From Chrysomallon squamiferum (lineage: Eukaryota; Animalia; Mollusca): a stretch of DNA of 64,000 bases. The stretch's first letter is position 1. Every line of letters begins with the position of its first letter. The stretch is from contig CM022676.1 in assembly GCA_012295275.1 (NCBI GenBank), positions 13,268,001 to 13,332,000 on the forward strand, given 5' to 3'. This document shows, one piece after another, positions 12,469-26,795 of the stretch. A program made the translations under genes and the position numbers. The notes beneath the pieces were generated by a model that saw only the letters and a program-made list of their open reading frames with translations, was not told where the DNA came from and made no database searches.

Positions 12469-15400
12469 GGATATACCTTTTAAAAGATATTTGATAAACT
12501 CAGTTTTGAAATTTCATTTTCTTTTTACACAGTTATAAGTATTATTTCACCCTTTCCTTAAAACTGCGCTAAAAGTTGATGTAAGGACTCATAACTATAA
12601 AAAAGCAAAAAGTATATCAGATCCTGGGTGAAGTAGACTACATTTAAAATTTTATTTGTTGTTCCATATTTACAAAAAATAAAAATAAATAAATATACAA
12701 GTTAGTCAATTGACATGCTGCCAGAGATCAAGGGGTCAAACCTGGAGTTTATAAATCAGCACATTTTATTTATAATCTGTGAATTCACCTCTGGCACTGA
12801 GACATTTAATATGTCTTTGTTTTATGCTGTAAATCAGACCAATTTGCATCTTTGGAGTAAATATTAATATTTAACAAATCTTTACTGGATTAATATATAA
12901 TTGTTATCCATGTTACAAGAAATTTAATAGTACATATGTCAGTACATGTCTGTCTAGATTTTCTTTGTTCAGCAATAATGAGATACAAGCTCAGATTGCC
13001 TTTGGTATTTCCCATGTATAATGTTTGATATTTTAATTTTTTAAATTTATTTTTTGGTAGTTGAATCTCGGCAGTTTATAATTGGCACAGGAATTAACAG
13101 TTTGAAAAATGTATATTTATTAATGGTGTAAAAATAAGTTAAATTTAACTAAGAACACACAAACATTCAGTCAGTGATGACGTTGTTAAGTTATGCTAAA
13201 TAATATTTACTTGGAAAATGGTTGGACAAAACTAAGGAACGGTCCATGTTTATTATTACTCCACTACTATAAAGTACTTGCATTTTATGTATGTGCATGT
13301 GTTTTAAACAATCCAGCCTTTCGGGTTTTTAATGTAAATGTCATTAAATATTTTTCAGATATGATGAAAATCAGTTAATTCATTCTCCAAACCACAATAA
13401 TTAAAATTACTTTTGTAAAAAAGATATATATATTACTGTTCATATATTTAAACTGTAGATATATCAACAAAATGAAGCTGGATTTTAATTCATTTTTTTC
13501 AGGAAGGGTTGAATAAGGATGATGTCAAGAAATGTTTTCCTATGACAATGGGACAGTTATGGATGTAATATGATAGCCCAAAAATGTGCTCCACCTGTGA
13601 TATATTTATATGCAGATTTAATTGTTATATACTTTGTTTCAGCAGTTTCTTTTTGTTTCATTAATAATAATGATAACACTGAATCTTCTCTTAAAATTAA
13701 AAAAGTCATTGGAAAGAAGCTGTAGTCAGGTACAACAAATCTCCTGCATTTAAATGTAATCTCTTCTTAATAATACAATAGTTCACATGATTATAATTAA
13801 TGTGATAATTTTACTTTCAGCTGCACCTAAGATCATTAACAAAACAGACAACATTGTGGGAGCTGAGATAGGAAATCCTGTTGTATTACACAAATCTGTG
13901 TTTTGTAAACCAAGTTACACAAATGTTACCTGGACTAAATTTGATGATCAAACTGATTTTAACAACACTCAGGTCACAAGAGAAAACATCACACTACAAA
14001 TACACAGTAAAGCAGTAACAGATTCTGGTTACAAGTTTTCTCTCAGTATCAGTAATTTTACTCAAAATGACATTGGAACATACAAACTGACTGTCTGTAA
14101 TGAAGTTGGATGTTCTCAGTTTTCTGTGAACCTAACTGGAGCAGGTCCACCTCTTCCTCCTAAAGAGTTCAAACAAGAAAGAAACTCAACATCAGACACA
14201 GTGTTCTTGTCATGGCTACCTAACTACCCAGGTGGTAATTTCAAACAGAGATTTATACTGCAGTACAAACTACAGAGTGAATCTAACTGGATTACTTGGC
14301 AAAGTGAATGGTTTGATGCCTCAACACAAAAACATAAAATACTTTACAACATTACAAATCTTCAGTCTAAACAAGTTTATGATATTCGACTGTCAGCTCA
14401 AAGTAACAGACATTCAAATAACATCAGCAACTATGTTACACTAGAAGTTACAACAAAGAGTAAGTAAACTGTATGTCGTAAAAATGTTTAAAAATTATAT
14501 AAAGTTATAACGAAATTGCTGATTGAATTACCATCTAATTATACAAAATAATTTCTTTGTTGTTGTTTTGTTTAAAGGTTTCAGTTTTCAGTTAAAGCTA
14601 TATTTTTACAAAGTAAAATCTGGTATATATGAGAATTGTGGATTAATACATTTTTTAAAGAAAGTTTTACATTTGTCTTTACAGTTATTGTTTAAGATAT
14701 TAAATAATTTCAATTTTAGAAGATCCAGGCGATTCAAGTTCTCTGCTTGGTGCAGCTGTAGGAGGAGCTGTTGGTTCTGTGACTGTCATTGTTGTCATAG
14801 TGATACTTGTTCTTTTTCTTAGAAGACGTGGACCATTTATTTTCTCAAGTAAAAAAGGTAATATATATTGTTAAGAATACAACTGATAAATCTGAATGTC
14901 TGCTCTTGAACATTTCTCCAACATGCTATAAAACCTACCACTATTATTTTTTTCTCAAGAAATTCCATGTGTTAACTTTCGGATGATAATTACTCAAACA
15001 AATTTGTTTTCAAAAAATCTAATATGTAATACAGATTGTTTTTCTTTCGTTATTTGTAGATATTTTAGGGATGTGAAATATTGTTTATTAGTTTCTTAGG
15101 AAACAGTAAATGTATTTTTAATTAAGTGATTTTAACAGAATTTCATGTTTTTCATAGATTTATAATAATGAAATTCCCTGTGCAACTGAAACAATAAGCA
15201 GCTTCTTCTGTTCTTAAAATATATAATTTCTTAACTAAAATATTACACTTCATTATTATTTTATTATCTTTAATTACAGACAAGGATGCAGAAAATGGAC
15301 CGTAAGTTAACTTATTAGCTTCTATTCTCAGATCATCTAACTTTCTGGCTTAATCTTTACTGCTTTGTGTAGTTGTTTCATTCTTTTTCTCTCTCTTTTT

Positions 15401-18400
15401 TCTCTCAAGTCTTTCAACTGCCATTTAAGTCATATCTTCGTGTACATTATTTATTCATATTTTTCTTATAACAAGAATATCTATATATATCATGATATGC
15501 TTATTACTCCTATATTCAGATACAAATCAAAGAAATATTTCATTTTATTTTACTGTTGATGCTTGTGTATAAACAGATGATCTTCAGCATATACTTTAAA
15601 TAACCTTAATTTTGTTTTCCTTGTTTAAAAGCAGCAAAATGGAATTACCATAATTCAGGTAGTATTTATAATTGCTATAGTTTATTATTTTATAAAAGTT
15701 AAATTTAATTTGTCAATTTCTCTAGATTTACATTTTGTTATTTCATTGGTAGAAGATTATGACTAATTAAAAGAGAAATTTAATAATTAGCATTTTGTTA
15801 TAAAAGTGGTTTTGTTTGTTTCTTCGTTTTCTTTTGTTTATGTTTTTTGTTTATTTTATGTTTAGCTCACAGAGCTAACACATTTGGATAGGTCTAAAAC
15901 TCTGAACTGAAATGCTAATGTGAGAGGATATTTTCGTGTTTCTGATACCTAATTTTTAAAAACATATTTGTGAGTAGAAACTTTAGAAAGCATCCGGATT
16001 ATGCTCAGTTTTATTCAGTACCAATTTTCATTCGTTGTGATTTGGATGAATTTCACACAGGTATCCAAAGTATAATGTTATAATGTTATCACATTTATTC
16101 CTTACACATCTAATTGAGAAGCAAACAGCTACTAGACTATTTACATACAATTACTAATCTTAAAAAGAGATATCATTATTTCAGGCGTATCTAATATTTT
16201 TATTAAAAAATCAAAATAATCTTTAAATGGAATTAATTACTATACTTTTCTTCTTGAATCTGCATGTAATGAAATGAATAGATTAAAACTGATAAAAGCA
16301 GTTTAATTAATTTCCCTGTAATTTAATTCTTTAGTAACCATGTTGGGTTCTTTTGTTTTTTATATATACATGTACAAAAAAGAAAAGAAAAAAGAAATCT
16401 GTTAGTATTATGCTTGTTTTTAGTATTTTGCTTCGGATTTTAAAGAATTGTTTCAAAACTTTGCTGTTGATACTGAAATAACAGTCTGGGTTAGCCTTGA
16501 CATTGCGTTTTTAATCAAACTAATTGTCCCTTTCCACCATCCTGTCTTTTATGAGATATACAAAAATATATCAGTATAATAAATACTATGTTAAATGCAA
16601 GAATAATCATAAGGTTTCCATGCATAATCCTAAATATTCATATTCGGATGTAAATTTTAACACTTTTAATTTTGCTTTTCAGTCCAAGCAATATACCTGC
16701 ACATGAAATGCCTGGTATGAGTTACTTTTTAATAATCATTTTATATTTTTATTGTTGTTTTTTTCTTTATAGTTTATACTTTTCCCATCATAAAAATATT
16801 ATCTTTTCAGTTTATCTAGAATTTAATTTTTATTACTATTCTTTTTTAAACCTTTTTCATTTCCTTTTTTGTTTGTTTCTTTTTTCTTTACTGTGTCTTT
16901 CTGTATGTATGTATGTATGTATGTATTTAAAATATAAAATAAAAGTTAAAATAGCCATGATATGCTGTTTAAGGATTAACACATTACTTTCTCTAATTTT
17001 ATTTATTTATTATTTATTTGATTTATATAGCATCTATAAAGTAGTTCTAAACATTTTTATTACATAACTTATAAACATAATTTGTCACTTTTTTCATAAC
17101 TTTATTATTAATAATGTTTTATTTTAGTGTTGGAAGATAATGATTTGTATTATCCATCTAGTAATGATGGTGTACAGAACGTACAGTTCCCAGGTGATTG
17201 CAAATCTTTCATCTTTTTCTGTTGAGTGAAGAGTGTGTTATTTCACATCTTAATCAGTTTGAATAATATTTTACATAGTAAACTGTTCTTCAGACGATCT
17301 AGTTTTAGAAAAAATTAATTGTCTTTGGTAATATTAAATTTTTGAGTCTAAATAATTATTTAGAAACAAAATTAAAGACTTGTAGCATGTCATTTTCTGT
17401 TAATATGAAATGATAAGAAGTAATTTTATTTTAAATCCATGCACTTAATACAACATACATGTTACAGTACAAGAGATACATTTTGATCCACATATGTTCT
17501 TTAGATGCTAATAATCTCAGAAAATTGCAGAAGTTATTCTTCTTACTAAATTCCAAATACGAAACATATATATAATGAGATGGCATTGTTATTAAGCTAC
17601 TGTAATGTTGTTGTTGTTGTGTTTTTGTTGTTTTGCATAAATAACAAATATTGTGTGAAATAAAATCACAAATAATACTTTAAAAATGCCATGATTTTAC
17701 AATTTATTTTTAATAAACATACTCTATTGTAATTAATAAATATATATATATATATATACATTTTATTTCGAAAGTGAAGTTTTACCAGGAATAAATACAG
17801 TTAATTCTTGAACTCAGACTTCCATTTATTAATATCAATTATGATTTATTTCACTTTCAAAATGTTTTTGTTTTTCTTCCCTATTGCAGGTGATAAAAGA
17901 CGACTTCAGTCTTCCAGGGGTAAATATATTTCAAAATTTAGCATTTGGTATTATTTTGAATTCATAAATAGCCAATAATAATAAAAAAAATTAAATTTAA
18001 AATAAAAGCAAGAAAATCTTATGACTCAGTATTGATTAGTGCTATTCTCTTTCACATTTGCTGAAATGAAATTTTAAAATTGAAACATATTTTCCATATA
18101 TTATGAAATCAACTCATCGACTGTTGTTTAAAAAGTAGACATGTCCCTTTATCATTTTTTGTGTTTTAATTTAGGTGATACTTATGAAAATGTTGGAATT
18201 GGAAAAGTAGATAATCGATATGCTAATGCTGGTTACAGTGGAAATGATGATCCTGCCTGTGAAAATGTCAAGGTAATTTTATTGACTGTTGTGTTAATGT
18301 AATTATAAGAAGCCTGCAAAAGACATGGTATAAAGGCAATAAAAATAGACAAACGATTAATTGAAAAGATACTGTTAATAACATGAAGGCAGATGTATAC

Positions 18401-18638
18401 TTTTTAAGCTGACAACATCAACTGGTTTTTTATTTTGTTACCTCCATTGTTTCAGGGAGCAAAGCTCAGACAAAATAAAGATGGGTTGCTGTATGTTGGA
18501 ATAGATTTCTCTAACACACAACCAAGTAAACAAGTTCACAAAACACAGGACAAAGTGGAGTACGTCTCCATTGACTGGAACAAGAAAGCAGAACCACTTC
18601 CTGATGAAGATGACAAACAAACAGAGCCAAAAACTTAG
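4079..18638 (+). CDS. Gene A: multi-Ig type I membrane receptor (9 Ig + FN3 + TM + tail with two ITIM-like motifs); nephrin/SYG-2-like architecture, putative inhibitory receptor; leader exon not located
   Basis: Phase-consistent GT-AG exons: 4079-4387, 7009-7347, 8371-8634, 8960-9280, 9655-9951, 10278-10562, 11390-11656, 11915-12211, 13821-14459 (Ig+FN3), 14720-14857 (TM), 15280-15301, 16683-16714, 17128-17193, 17890-17919, 18175-18272, 18456-18638 (stop). Ectodomain exons are all phase 1-1, mostly with Ig C...W...Y/FxC patterns. About 1195 codons with no internal stop. Confidence 0.9.
5330..5720 (+). mobile_element. Degenerate Mutator-like (MULE) transposase remnant in gene A intron
   Basis: LYMNSTLHV resembles the MULE YxDGTF catalytic motif, and WESKFQAVVRHNHPAFWELIHCL resembles the C-terminal W..F......HP..W..I..L block. 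Confidence 0.5.
9961..10145 (+). repeat. Degenerate (ATA/ACA/ATG)n trinucleotide tract directly after the Ig5 exon of gene A
   Basis: Direct inspection; paralogous tract at ~32840-32985. Confidence 0.9.
14720..14857 (+). CDS. Gene A transmembrane exon
   Basis: ttttag|AA GAT CCA ... encodes DPGDSSSLLGAAVGGAVGSVTVIVVIVILVLFLRRRGPFIFSSKK|gtaata: hydrophobic helix followed by RRR stop-transfer. This frame is not in the ORF track. Confidence 0.9.
18456..18638 (+). CDS. Gene A terminal exon with tandem ITIM-like motifs (LLYVGI, VEYVSI)
   Basis: GAKLRQNKDGLLYVGIDFSNTQPSKQVHKTQDKVEYVSIDWNKKAEPLPDEDDKQTEPKT*. The phase-0 acceptor matches the preceding donor, and both motifs fit [ILVS]xYxx[ILV]. Confidence 0.85.
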   Translation, partial: GAKLRQNKDGLLYVGIDFSNTQPSKQVHKTQDKVEYVSIDWNKKAEPLPDEDDKQTEPKT

Positions 18639-21600
18639 TAGAGAACATGAATTTTATTAATATGGGACCAAACCCCTTTAAAAACTACAACAAAATGAAA
18701 TACATTTCCACTATTTTATATATTTTTACTTTTATTTACTTTACAAAATATGATCAGCTGTTTATTGTTATCTGCTAAAAGTGTTCATGTATTATATCAC
18801 ACAGAGAAATTTGTAGATACAATTTGAAGAGATCATTAGCATTCTTCCAGAATTAAAATACAATGACTATGGAATTCCAAGAAAAGAAATAATGCTTAGC
18901 AAGAATTAAAAATTTTTGAACAAATGTGGACCATGTCTAAAATGCATTGATTATAATTTTTTAACTCTTTAGTTACATTTGTGGTTCAAATACTGTTTTA
19001 GAGCTTTTCTTCATGTATAAACAGTTTTGGATTTGTTATTGTGAACATTAAATTGGAAAAAAGTACAAAAAAGTAATTCTGTTTTCCCTTTCCCCCCATA
19101 AATAAGAAATGAAGTATTAAGAATGAATAAAGAAATGTTAAGTAGCTGTTTTTTTTATTATATAAAATAATTTTTCAATTTTTATACAGTATTTTTGTAT
19201 GAAGATAAACTAATTATATACTTTTGTTTATTGTTAAGAATAAAATATATATTTATAACTAAAATAAAAATAATTATTTTCTTTCTTTTTATGTATTTTT
19301 TGAAATATACAACATACTTGTATTTCTTGTAAATATATATTTTTTAATGTGTGTGTATGTGTGTGTGTGTGTGTGTGTTTGTGAGTTCCTTAAATGTATG
19401 TTTGCAGAAATATATGTTAAACAGAATAAACATACACACAAAGTACATTTTAATACAGGTGTAAATATGTTTCAATAAGTGCTCTATAGTTCGCATGTAA
19501 GTGTGAATATATTCATACAAAATCTAATTTAAGGTCAAACAAAATCACTTTTGTATAATTTTGTATGCTATTTTTTTTTTTTTTTAAAACAGAGGCAATC
19601 AAATTCAGGCTTCAAGTATCGGTAGTTTTCATTTCCTTCTTAGTTTGGTGAACCTGAAAGAATTAACACTTGGACAGGATTCTAAAAATGACACATCAAT
19701 TATTCTTGAATTAATATAAACAAATGCAAAGTTAACAATGTTGGCCATATCTCATCCAGATGTTTTGTTACTTTCATATTTTGTAAATTACATCGTGTGT
19801 TTAATTGTTGAATAAACTGACTTTGTTTCATAACCAGTTAATTGATTATTGTACAAAACCTTTACCATTGGTCCTGATATTTACTTGAATAATTACTTGA
19901 ATAACAAAAATTACTTGAATAACATTACAAGTCTAATACCAATTTATTTGGATTTTTTTGTTCTCTTTGATATATAAAATTTAAAACATCTGTTTCAATC
20001 AGGACAGTTTTATTATTTTTATAGAGCTCACACTCTTTTGGGAATATTGTTAAAAGTGTTTTTAAATATTATATGTATGTTAGCTGATGACACTGCAAAA
20101 CTTTATTTTTATTCATAATATTAAATTCAGAGTGTAAAGTTAATATTGTTTATTAATTTCAGTATAAAAAATCAATAATGAAATAAGTGCTGCTTTTAAC
20201 AAATACTGAGTTTTGCTACATTGATTTCTGTATCACATTGTATAGTTTTATGCATATTTGTAAAATGTTAGTTTTTACATTGTTTTATTCTTTTTAATCA
20301 ATTGTTTCTACTTATTAATATTATTTTTTGTTGTTATTGTTGTAAATAGATAAAATATTTCATAATAATTTCTAAAACATTCCATGATATGATTTTCTAT
20401 TTACAGACCTTATTTTAAGTGTCTGAGAATTTACATCATTTATAAAGGATCTTGAATTAATATTTTATTTTAAAAATATTTCAAAAATTAAATGATGTTT
20501 TAGTATCATAATTGATATGAGATACGTTTTTCATCATGTTTATGTGGAGTAATTTGATGGATTCAGTGCTAATGGATTCTTATTGTTGGCTGTTTAAGTC
20601 AGTATCCAGCTTGTATAAACAAAACTGTTATATTAAATTGCCAACACGTCCGATAGGTATGCATACATTATATTCATACATACATACACTATATACATAC
20701 ATGCATATATTATATACATTATATACATATATACATGCATTATATACATAGATACATACGTACAATATACATACATACATACATACATACATTTATTTGC
20801 TATTTATAAATGCAAAATGATATCACATGTTAAATTCCCAAATATAGTTACGACTGGAAGATTGGTGCAATAATCTTTCATCACCTCAATAAGCGAAGAA
20901 ACACAACCAAATATTTTAAAAGTAAAATAAATTATAACTGAGAAAGTAATTTGAAAAATATTATTATTTGTATGGATATTAATAAAGGGATAGTTGTGTT
21001 CAAGGTTCATCAGTATTCTCTTTCTAACCGAAAATATATGTTTATTAATTAGAAAGAGAACAAATTATTTATTAATTTTGTTTTATATATAAAACACTTT
21101 TCAAAGTATTATTTGAGATTTTGTTTAACCTTTTTTTAATATGAATTTTGGTCTGAATGTTTGAAATCCATACACTTAAAACAACATTTGACATATTGAA
21201 GTTCAAAGAGATACATCTGGTAATAATCTCTGAAAATTTAAAAATTATTCTTCCTACTAAATTCAAGGAATGACCGAATTAGTTTTAAAAAGATGTCAAA
21301 TTGGAAAACATTGTCTTTGTGTTAGTAACTTAGGACTATAACAATATGTTACATCCTCTAGGTGAGACTGATGTGCTTGCTTTCATGAATCTTTTTTACT
21401 TGGTAAATGTAAAACTATCATTCTAAGATGCATTTTTAATTATAACTGGTGTATCACTATAATCTTGTATTAGAGATGTGTTTGTAAAAAAGTAAATTAA
21501 AATATCAAAAGAGTCAAAGTAGAGAATGTAAATTGTGATACTGGATAAAAATTGTTAAACGGTTACAGATGTCTTAATTAAAGGTATATCTTATGAAAGA

Positions 21601-22676
21601 TGATATTACATTTCTCAGATACACTTTTTGACATTTAAATAAATTGGAGTTGAAAATGTTTGGGATTATTATTATTATTATTATTATTATAATTATTATT
21701 TGTTTGTTGTTTTTTTAGGTTTTTTTTAGGAAAATTAAATTTCACTTAATTGTTTCATGCTAGATATGGTCCATACTTCAAAACACTAACCATATCTGTT
21801 TCTTTGATCTGCAACATTAAAAATTTACTGAGACGTCATTATCAAAACAAACCTTAAGGAGTTCAGTAATTTTGTTTTAGAATGAAATTAACTGATTAGT
21901 TAAATGCGCTTTAGTGCAGAAATAACAATAATTATGTTAAATTAATTAATGAAGATCCTGAAAGTAACATGATAAAAGCAAATAACATGTCGCTTGTATG
22001 ACTTTCAGTTAAACATTTATTTACTCATATTAAAATAATGTTTTGCTTTTATCATACCTCTGTCTTTTTCTTTGTTTTCAGTTTAATTGCTCTGTTCAGC
22101 AATATTTGTTTCTTCGAAGAATGTGAAACAAATTCACGCTTCTGTCATCTTTTATTGTATTTTTATTTTACTTTATTTTTATTTTATTACATTAGTTACA
22201 TTAATAGAAGATGAACAAAATGAAAATATACAGAATCAAAAACTGACAATATGTGTACATCATTCAATGCTATTAATTTAGATCACTAATAGTAATAAAA
22301 TATAACAAAATTTAAACAAAATAAAAGTATAATGAAACACACAAACATAAACAGCAGCAGTAGTATCACCTGTAGAAATAGAACAAATGTAACAATAGTA
22401 AAGCATTACTTTTATTATTCTAATTAAAGGGGCATATGGCGAAAATATATATATTTTTTTAAATCATTTTTTATTTATGTTACAGAATTGAAACATTTGT
22501 AATAATCTCCTTTTATTACATCTTCAAAATAGTATTGATTTATTATTTTATGATAAATGGTTATTTTTATTTTTGTCTTTTTTCATAAATATCGTACCAT
22601 TCAAATTGCTGGGCTTCATCATAACACAAAGAAATTAATCTTTACTTAAATACTTCAAAAGAAAGTAATATATCTA

Positions 22677-22727
<51 letters not shown>

Positions 22728-24058
22728 ATATATATAGATATGTAGATATGTAAATATATGACTTTTTTGTTTAAAAAAACAACAGGAAAGTTATATATAG
22801 GTTATATGAAAAGAAGAGATAATGTTTCCAAGATTTTCTTTCAGTCATTTAAAAGTGTTTGTTATATATATAAATACTTTCCATGCAGCATCTTCTCCAG
22901 AATGTTAGGATATTACAAAAAATGATACATGGTAAGAGAAAACAAAACAAAACAATAACAAAATAACAACAACAACAACAACAAGAAAGAAAGAAAGAAA
23001 AAGAAAAAAGACATGAAACATTTATCTGAAAAATTCAATTTTTATGACTTCTTTCTAAATAGTCTAGTCAGAAACAAACAAACAATTTTCTTTATTCGAA
23101 TGTTGTCACTAGCATACCCCCTTAACAACATACAAATTTAGGCATTCATTAACTATTAGTTATTAATGCTCACATTTTCTTTATCACATATTCACAAATA
23201 TAAACCAGATACTGGGTTATTACTTAAATGTTGAAATGTTTTAATCTATTCAAATGTGATACATAAAATTATATTTATTATAATCAAACACTGTTTGCTT
23301 GCTATTCAGTCAATGACATTAGGTGCATTAACAACTAAACAATCAGATCAGAATGTAATATTTCTGTATTAAAGTCCGTAGAGTGGCTGAAATGTAAGAC
23401 AATATTTTCAAGAATGCAACGTTACACAAGACTGAAAACAACACTATATTATGTTAGTAATCAATGTAACATAATAATATATTTACACTTATCTGGTTTT
23501 TGCCTCTTTTTGCAGCTGCAGCATTAGTTGTATGATAGGTCATATTATCCTCTAAAATGTAATGAAATAAACAAACAAAATGTGAAATAGTAAAGAGAAA
23601 TATTTTGTTTGCAAAGAAAAAAAAAGAAGAAACTTGCTGTGTAACAAGTAATTTATATATTCACCTTCCCATAAACAGGAAATAATGCAACAAGTCTTTA
23701 ATAAATTATCTGTGGAGCACAGAAGAGGATAAATCTTGCAGCTCATTACATCTGTATCAGGGCTAAATATTACAATTTAATTATAAACCACTTCTTATCA
23801 TTGACATGTTGTTATGTGTCCAGTTTTTCATATTAACAGAAAATGACTTGCTACAAGTCTTTAATTTTGTTTCTAAATAATCATTTAGACTTAAAAATTT
23901 GATATTACCAAAGACAATTAATTTTTTCTAAAACTAGATCGTCTGAAGATAAAAGTTTAATATATAAAATATTATTCAAACTGATTAAGATGTGAAATAA
24001 CACACTCTTTACTTTCTTTTCTTAAATAAAAATAAAAAGATGAAAGATTTGCAATCAC

Positions 24059-24124
24059 CTGGGAACTGTACATTCTTTACACCATCATTACTAGATGTTT
24101 AATACTAAACATTATCTTCCAACA
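24059..24124 (-). pseudogene. Pseudo-exon copy of gene A cytoplasmic exon 17128-17193
   Basis: TG TTG GAA GAT AAT GTT TAG TAT TAA ACA TCT AGT AAT GAT GGT GTA AAG AAT GTA CAG TTC CCA G: same length (66 nt), two stops. Flanking intron ~23840-24250 is homologous to ~17000-17410. Confidence 0.85.
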
Positions 24125-24374
24125 CTAACATAAAGCAGTATTAATAATAAAATGAAAGAAAAAGTGTTTGTGTAAATTTATGTTTGTAAGTTATGAAATA
24201 ATCAATTTTATAATTAATTTATAGATTCTATATAATTTGATAACAAATAATAATACATACGAACAGTTTTATTGAAATTAACAATGATAGATAAAAATTA
24301 ATTCAGTTTTATATATCTACATTTTACATTATTGTCAAACACTGAATTCAATTATTTCATTCGTAATGTTTTAT

Positions 24375-24405
<31 letters not shown>

Positions 24406-25252
24406 CAGGAGGAGGAGTATGACGATAATGATAATGATCTTAATTTTAAATTTATTAAAATCTCTGGAACGAACGATCTGCTCCGCACTAGAATACAAGG
24501 ATTCTTTAAATATTAGATTTAAAATAATTAGCGGACAATTTATGGCGAGTTTTTTGTAACAAAGAAATACTGTTTTAAAATTTGTCTGCATTGGCTTGCC
24601 TGTTTCGTTCATTGCCTCCCCAGTTTTCGTTGCTGACCGCAGGAATGTAATATCTAAATACAGGAAGCTAGAAAAACAAGAAACAAGCGGGCGCTTACAC
24701 AATCCGTGTTTCTACTACGATGTACATGGAGGGAACGGGAGAGAATGTTGAAACTTTTGTTAGTATCTGACAGCGGGACTTGGTACGTTACTTTTTCTCA
24801 CTTGTTTGTGCAATGTTATCTGTGTCATTAAAGGCGTATTTTACATGTGTGTGTTATTCTTCCACGATCGATGCCACTTTCATTTGAATTCAATTGAATG
24901 ATTCCGTATTTTATATTTTTAATTGCAAATAATTTAGTTGGATTTATTTTAATATTACGAAATATGTTTGCGCTTTAATAAATAACTCCAGTTTCTTATT
25001 TTTCTAGTAGATGGTGTTAGTATTATGATTAAAATACAGAAATATTTTCAACGGCATAAATTCTTACCGATTTAAGCAATGCTCTAATCATAACGCACTA
25101 CTGTGAAAGCTGAAAGAAGCCTATTGATAAAAGTACAGAGCTGAGTGTATCATCGAATAAAACATTTGTTTGTTTACAAAAACCAACATTTGCTCCACGA
25201 AGTAAAAGAAACAAAAAATATGTCAAACCGTTTTATAATGTAATGTAATATA

Positions 25253-25935
25253 CAGGGTGATTGAAAAGTCATTCCCTATTTTAAACAGTTCATAATATTT
25301 TAATTTGCAGTTACTTTTTTCTCAATTCCTTCATGTACGTTATTTAATATATGAAAATTAAATCTAGATTGTTATTTTCTTTTCAGATGATTATTTTGTT
25401 TAAAATTCAAAAGCCCTATTAAGATGCACAGAAAGTTGACTCTAAAAGAATGGGCTCAGGTAGCATCACGCTAGGAAGTTTGGAAATCTGTTATTCAAGT
25501 GCAAAGATGGTGGAGAACCATTAACGGAATACATGCTCAGATCGATGCAAAGACAATCAAAAACTGTCACACGAAACTCATGACGAGAGGTTCTGCAATG
25601 GATGCTCAAAGAAGTGGTCGCCCCTCCAATTCAAGTGATCCGCAGATGGTGAAAACACCATCTTTGCACTTGAAAAACAGATTTCCAAACTTCGTAGTGT
25701 GATGCTACCTGGGCACGTTCTTTTAGAGTCAACTTTTTTTGCATCTTAATAGGGTTTTTGAATTTTAAACAAAATAATTAATCTGAAAAGAAAACCAATA
25801 ATACTTTTAAACAAAATAATCTAGATTTAATTTTCATATATTAAATAACATACATGAAGGAATTGAGAAAAAAGTAACTGCAAATTAAAAAATTATGAAC
25901 TTTTTAAAATAGGGAATGACTTTTCAATCACCCTG
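25253..25935 (+). mobile_element. Non-autonomous Tc1/mariner element with long terminal inverted repeats and an N-terminal transposase remnant
   Basis: TA|cagggtgattgaaaagtcattccctatttt ... aaaatagggaatgacttttcaatcaccctg|TA. Inverted arms exceed 200 bp. The internal frame MHRKLTLKEWAQVASR*EVWKSVIQVQRWWR...QRSGRP has the GRP motif of Tc1/mariner DNA-binding domains. Confidence 0.9.
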
Positions 25936-26129
25936 TATATAGGTATGTATGTATGTATGTATGTACACATACAGCTCACATTATATAGCTAGAACGATAT
26001 ATAATACACGTAGCTATGTATGTATTCATGACCTGTTCTGATCTTTAACACATATGACATTTTTTAGTTAAAAACATCTTTTCATTATACAATTTGTTCA
26101 TTTGTGATAGACAACACAGCTTAAATAAT

Positions 26130-26410
26130 AAACACTGATAAATCTTTATGTATATTTTAACACAAAACTAGCTCTAATCAGGACACAGATTGAATAGAGG
26201 TGTTACTTTTCAGTACATGGATCTTACTATCGGCAATATCCACCATATGTGTTCTAATTTATCAGTTAAAAAATTAAAACAAAAACGTATCTAGACAGTA
26301 ACTAACAATCATGACAGAACAATCACATTTTTGAATGGGACCAGTGTATATACTCTGACTAAACCTGCTTCTTTGGGGCACACGAATTGTGCTCTGTCTA
26401 GTCACGTTAT
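26130..26410 (-). pseudogene. Highly degenerate copy of leader exon with flanks
   Basis: Recognisable homology to 27170-27530 and 44090-44365; ATG has become CTG and the donor gtaagt has become atacgt. Confidence 0.55.
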
Positions 26411-26727
26411 TACTACCGAGAATGAAAAGCAGGACTATGTGTATTTCACTTACATAAAAGTATTGTGGCTTGCCTAGTATTAACTATTAAGTAAACAAAA
26501 AATGTGCTTTTATATCAAGTGCAGCAGTCAGAACAGTAAACTGTTTATTGCCATTGTAATAATGGCATTGTTTCAGTTTTTAATAGCAGTACAGAATTTA
26601 GCTAGATTGTATCTTATATTGAAACAAACGTATATGATTATGTACTGTATAATTATTCCCTACATCTTGGTTCTCTAAATTAATTAAATCCTGACGTTAG
26701 ATACTGTCTTAATGCTCTAATAAATAA

Positions 26728-26795
<68 letters not shown>

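Noticed and set aside
15632-15658. Possible extra micro-exon in the gene A tail
   Set aside because: Contains a stop in the required phase, and the flanking exons join in phase without it.
4079-18638. Assigning the symbol NPHS1, syg-2 or HMCN
   Set aside because: Only the domain architecture is similar; orthology cannot be shown from the sequence.
24450-24900. CpG-enriched patch (also 40670-40980)
   Set aside because: No ORF, terminal repeat or RNA structure I can support; likely unclassified repeats.
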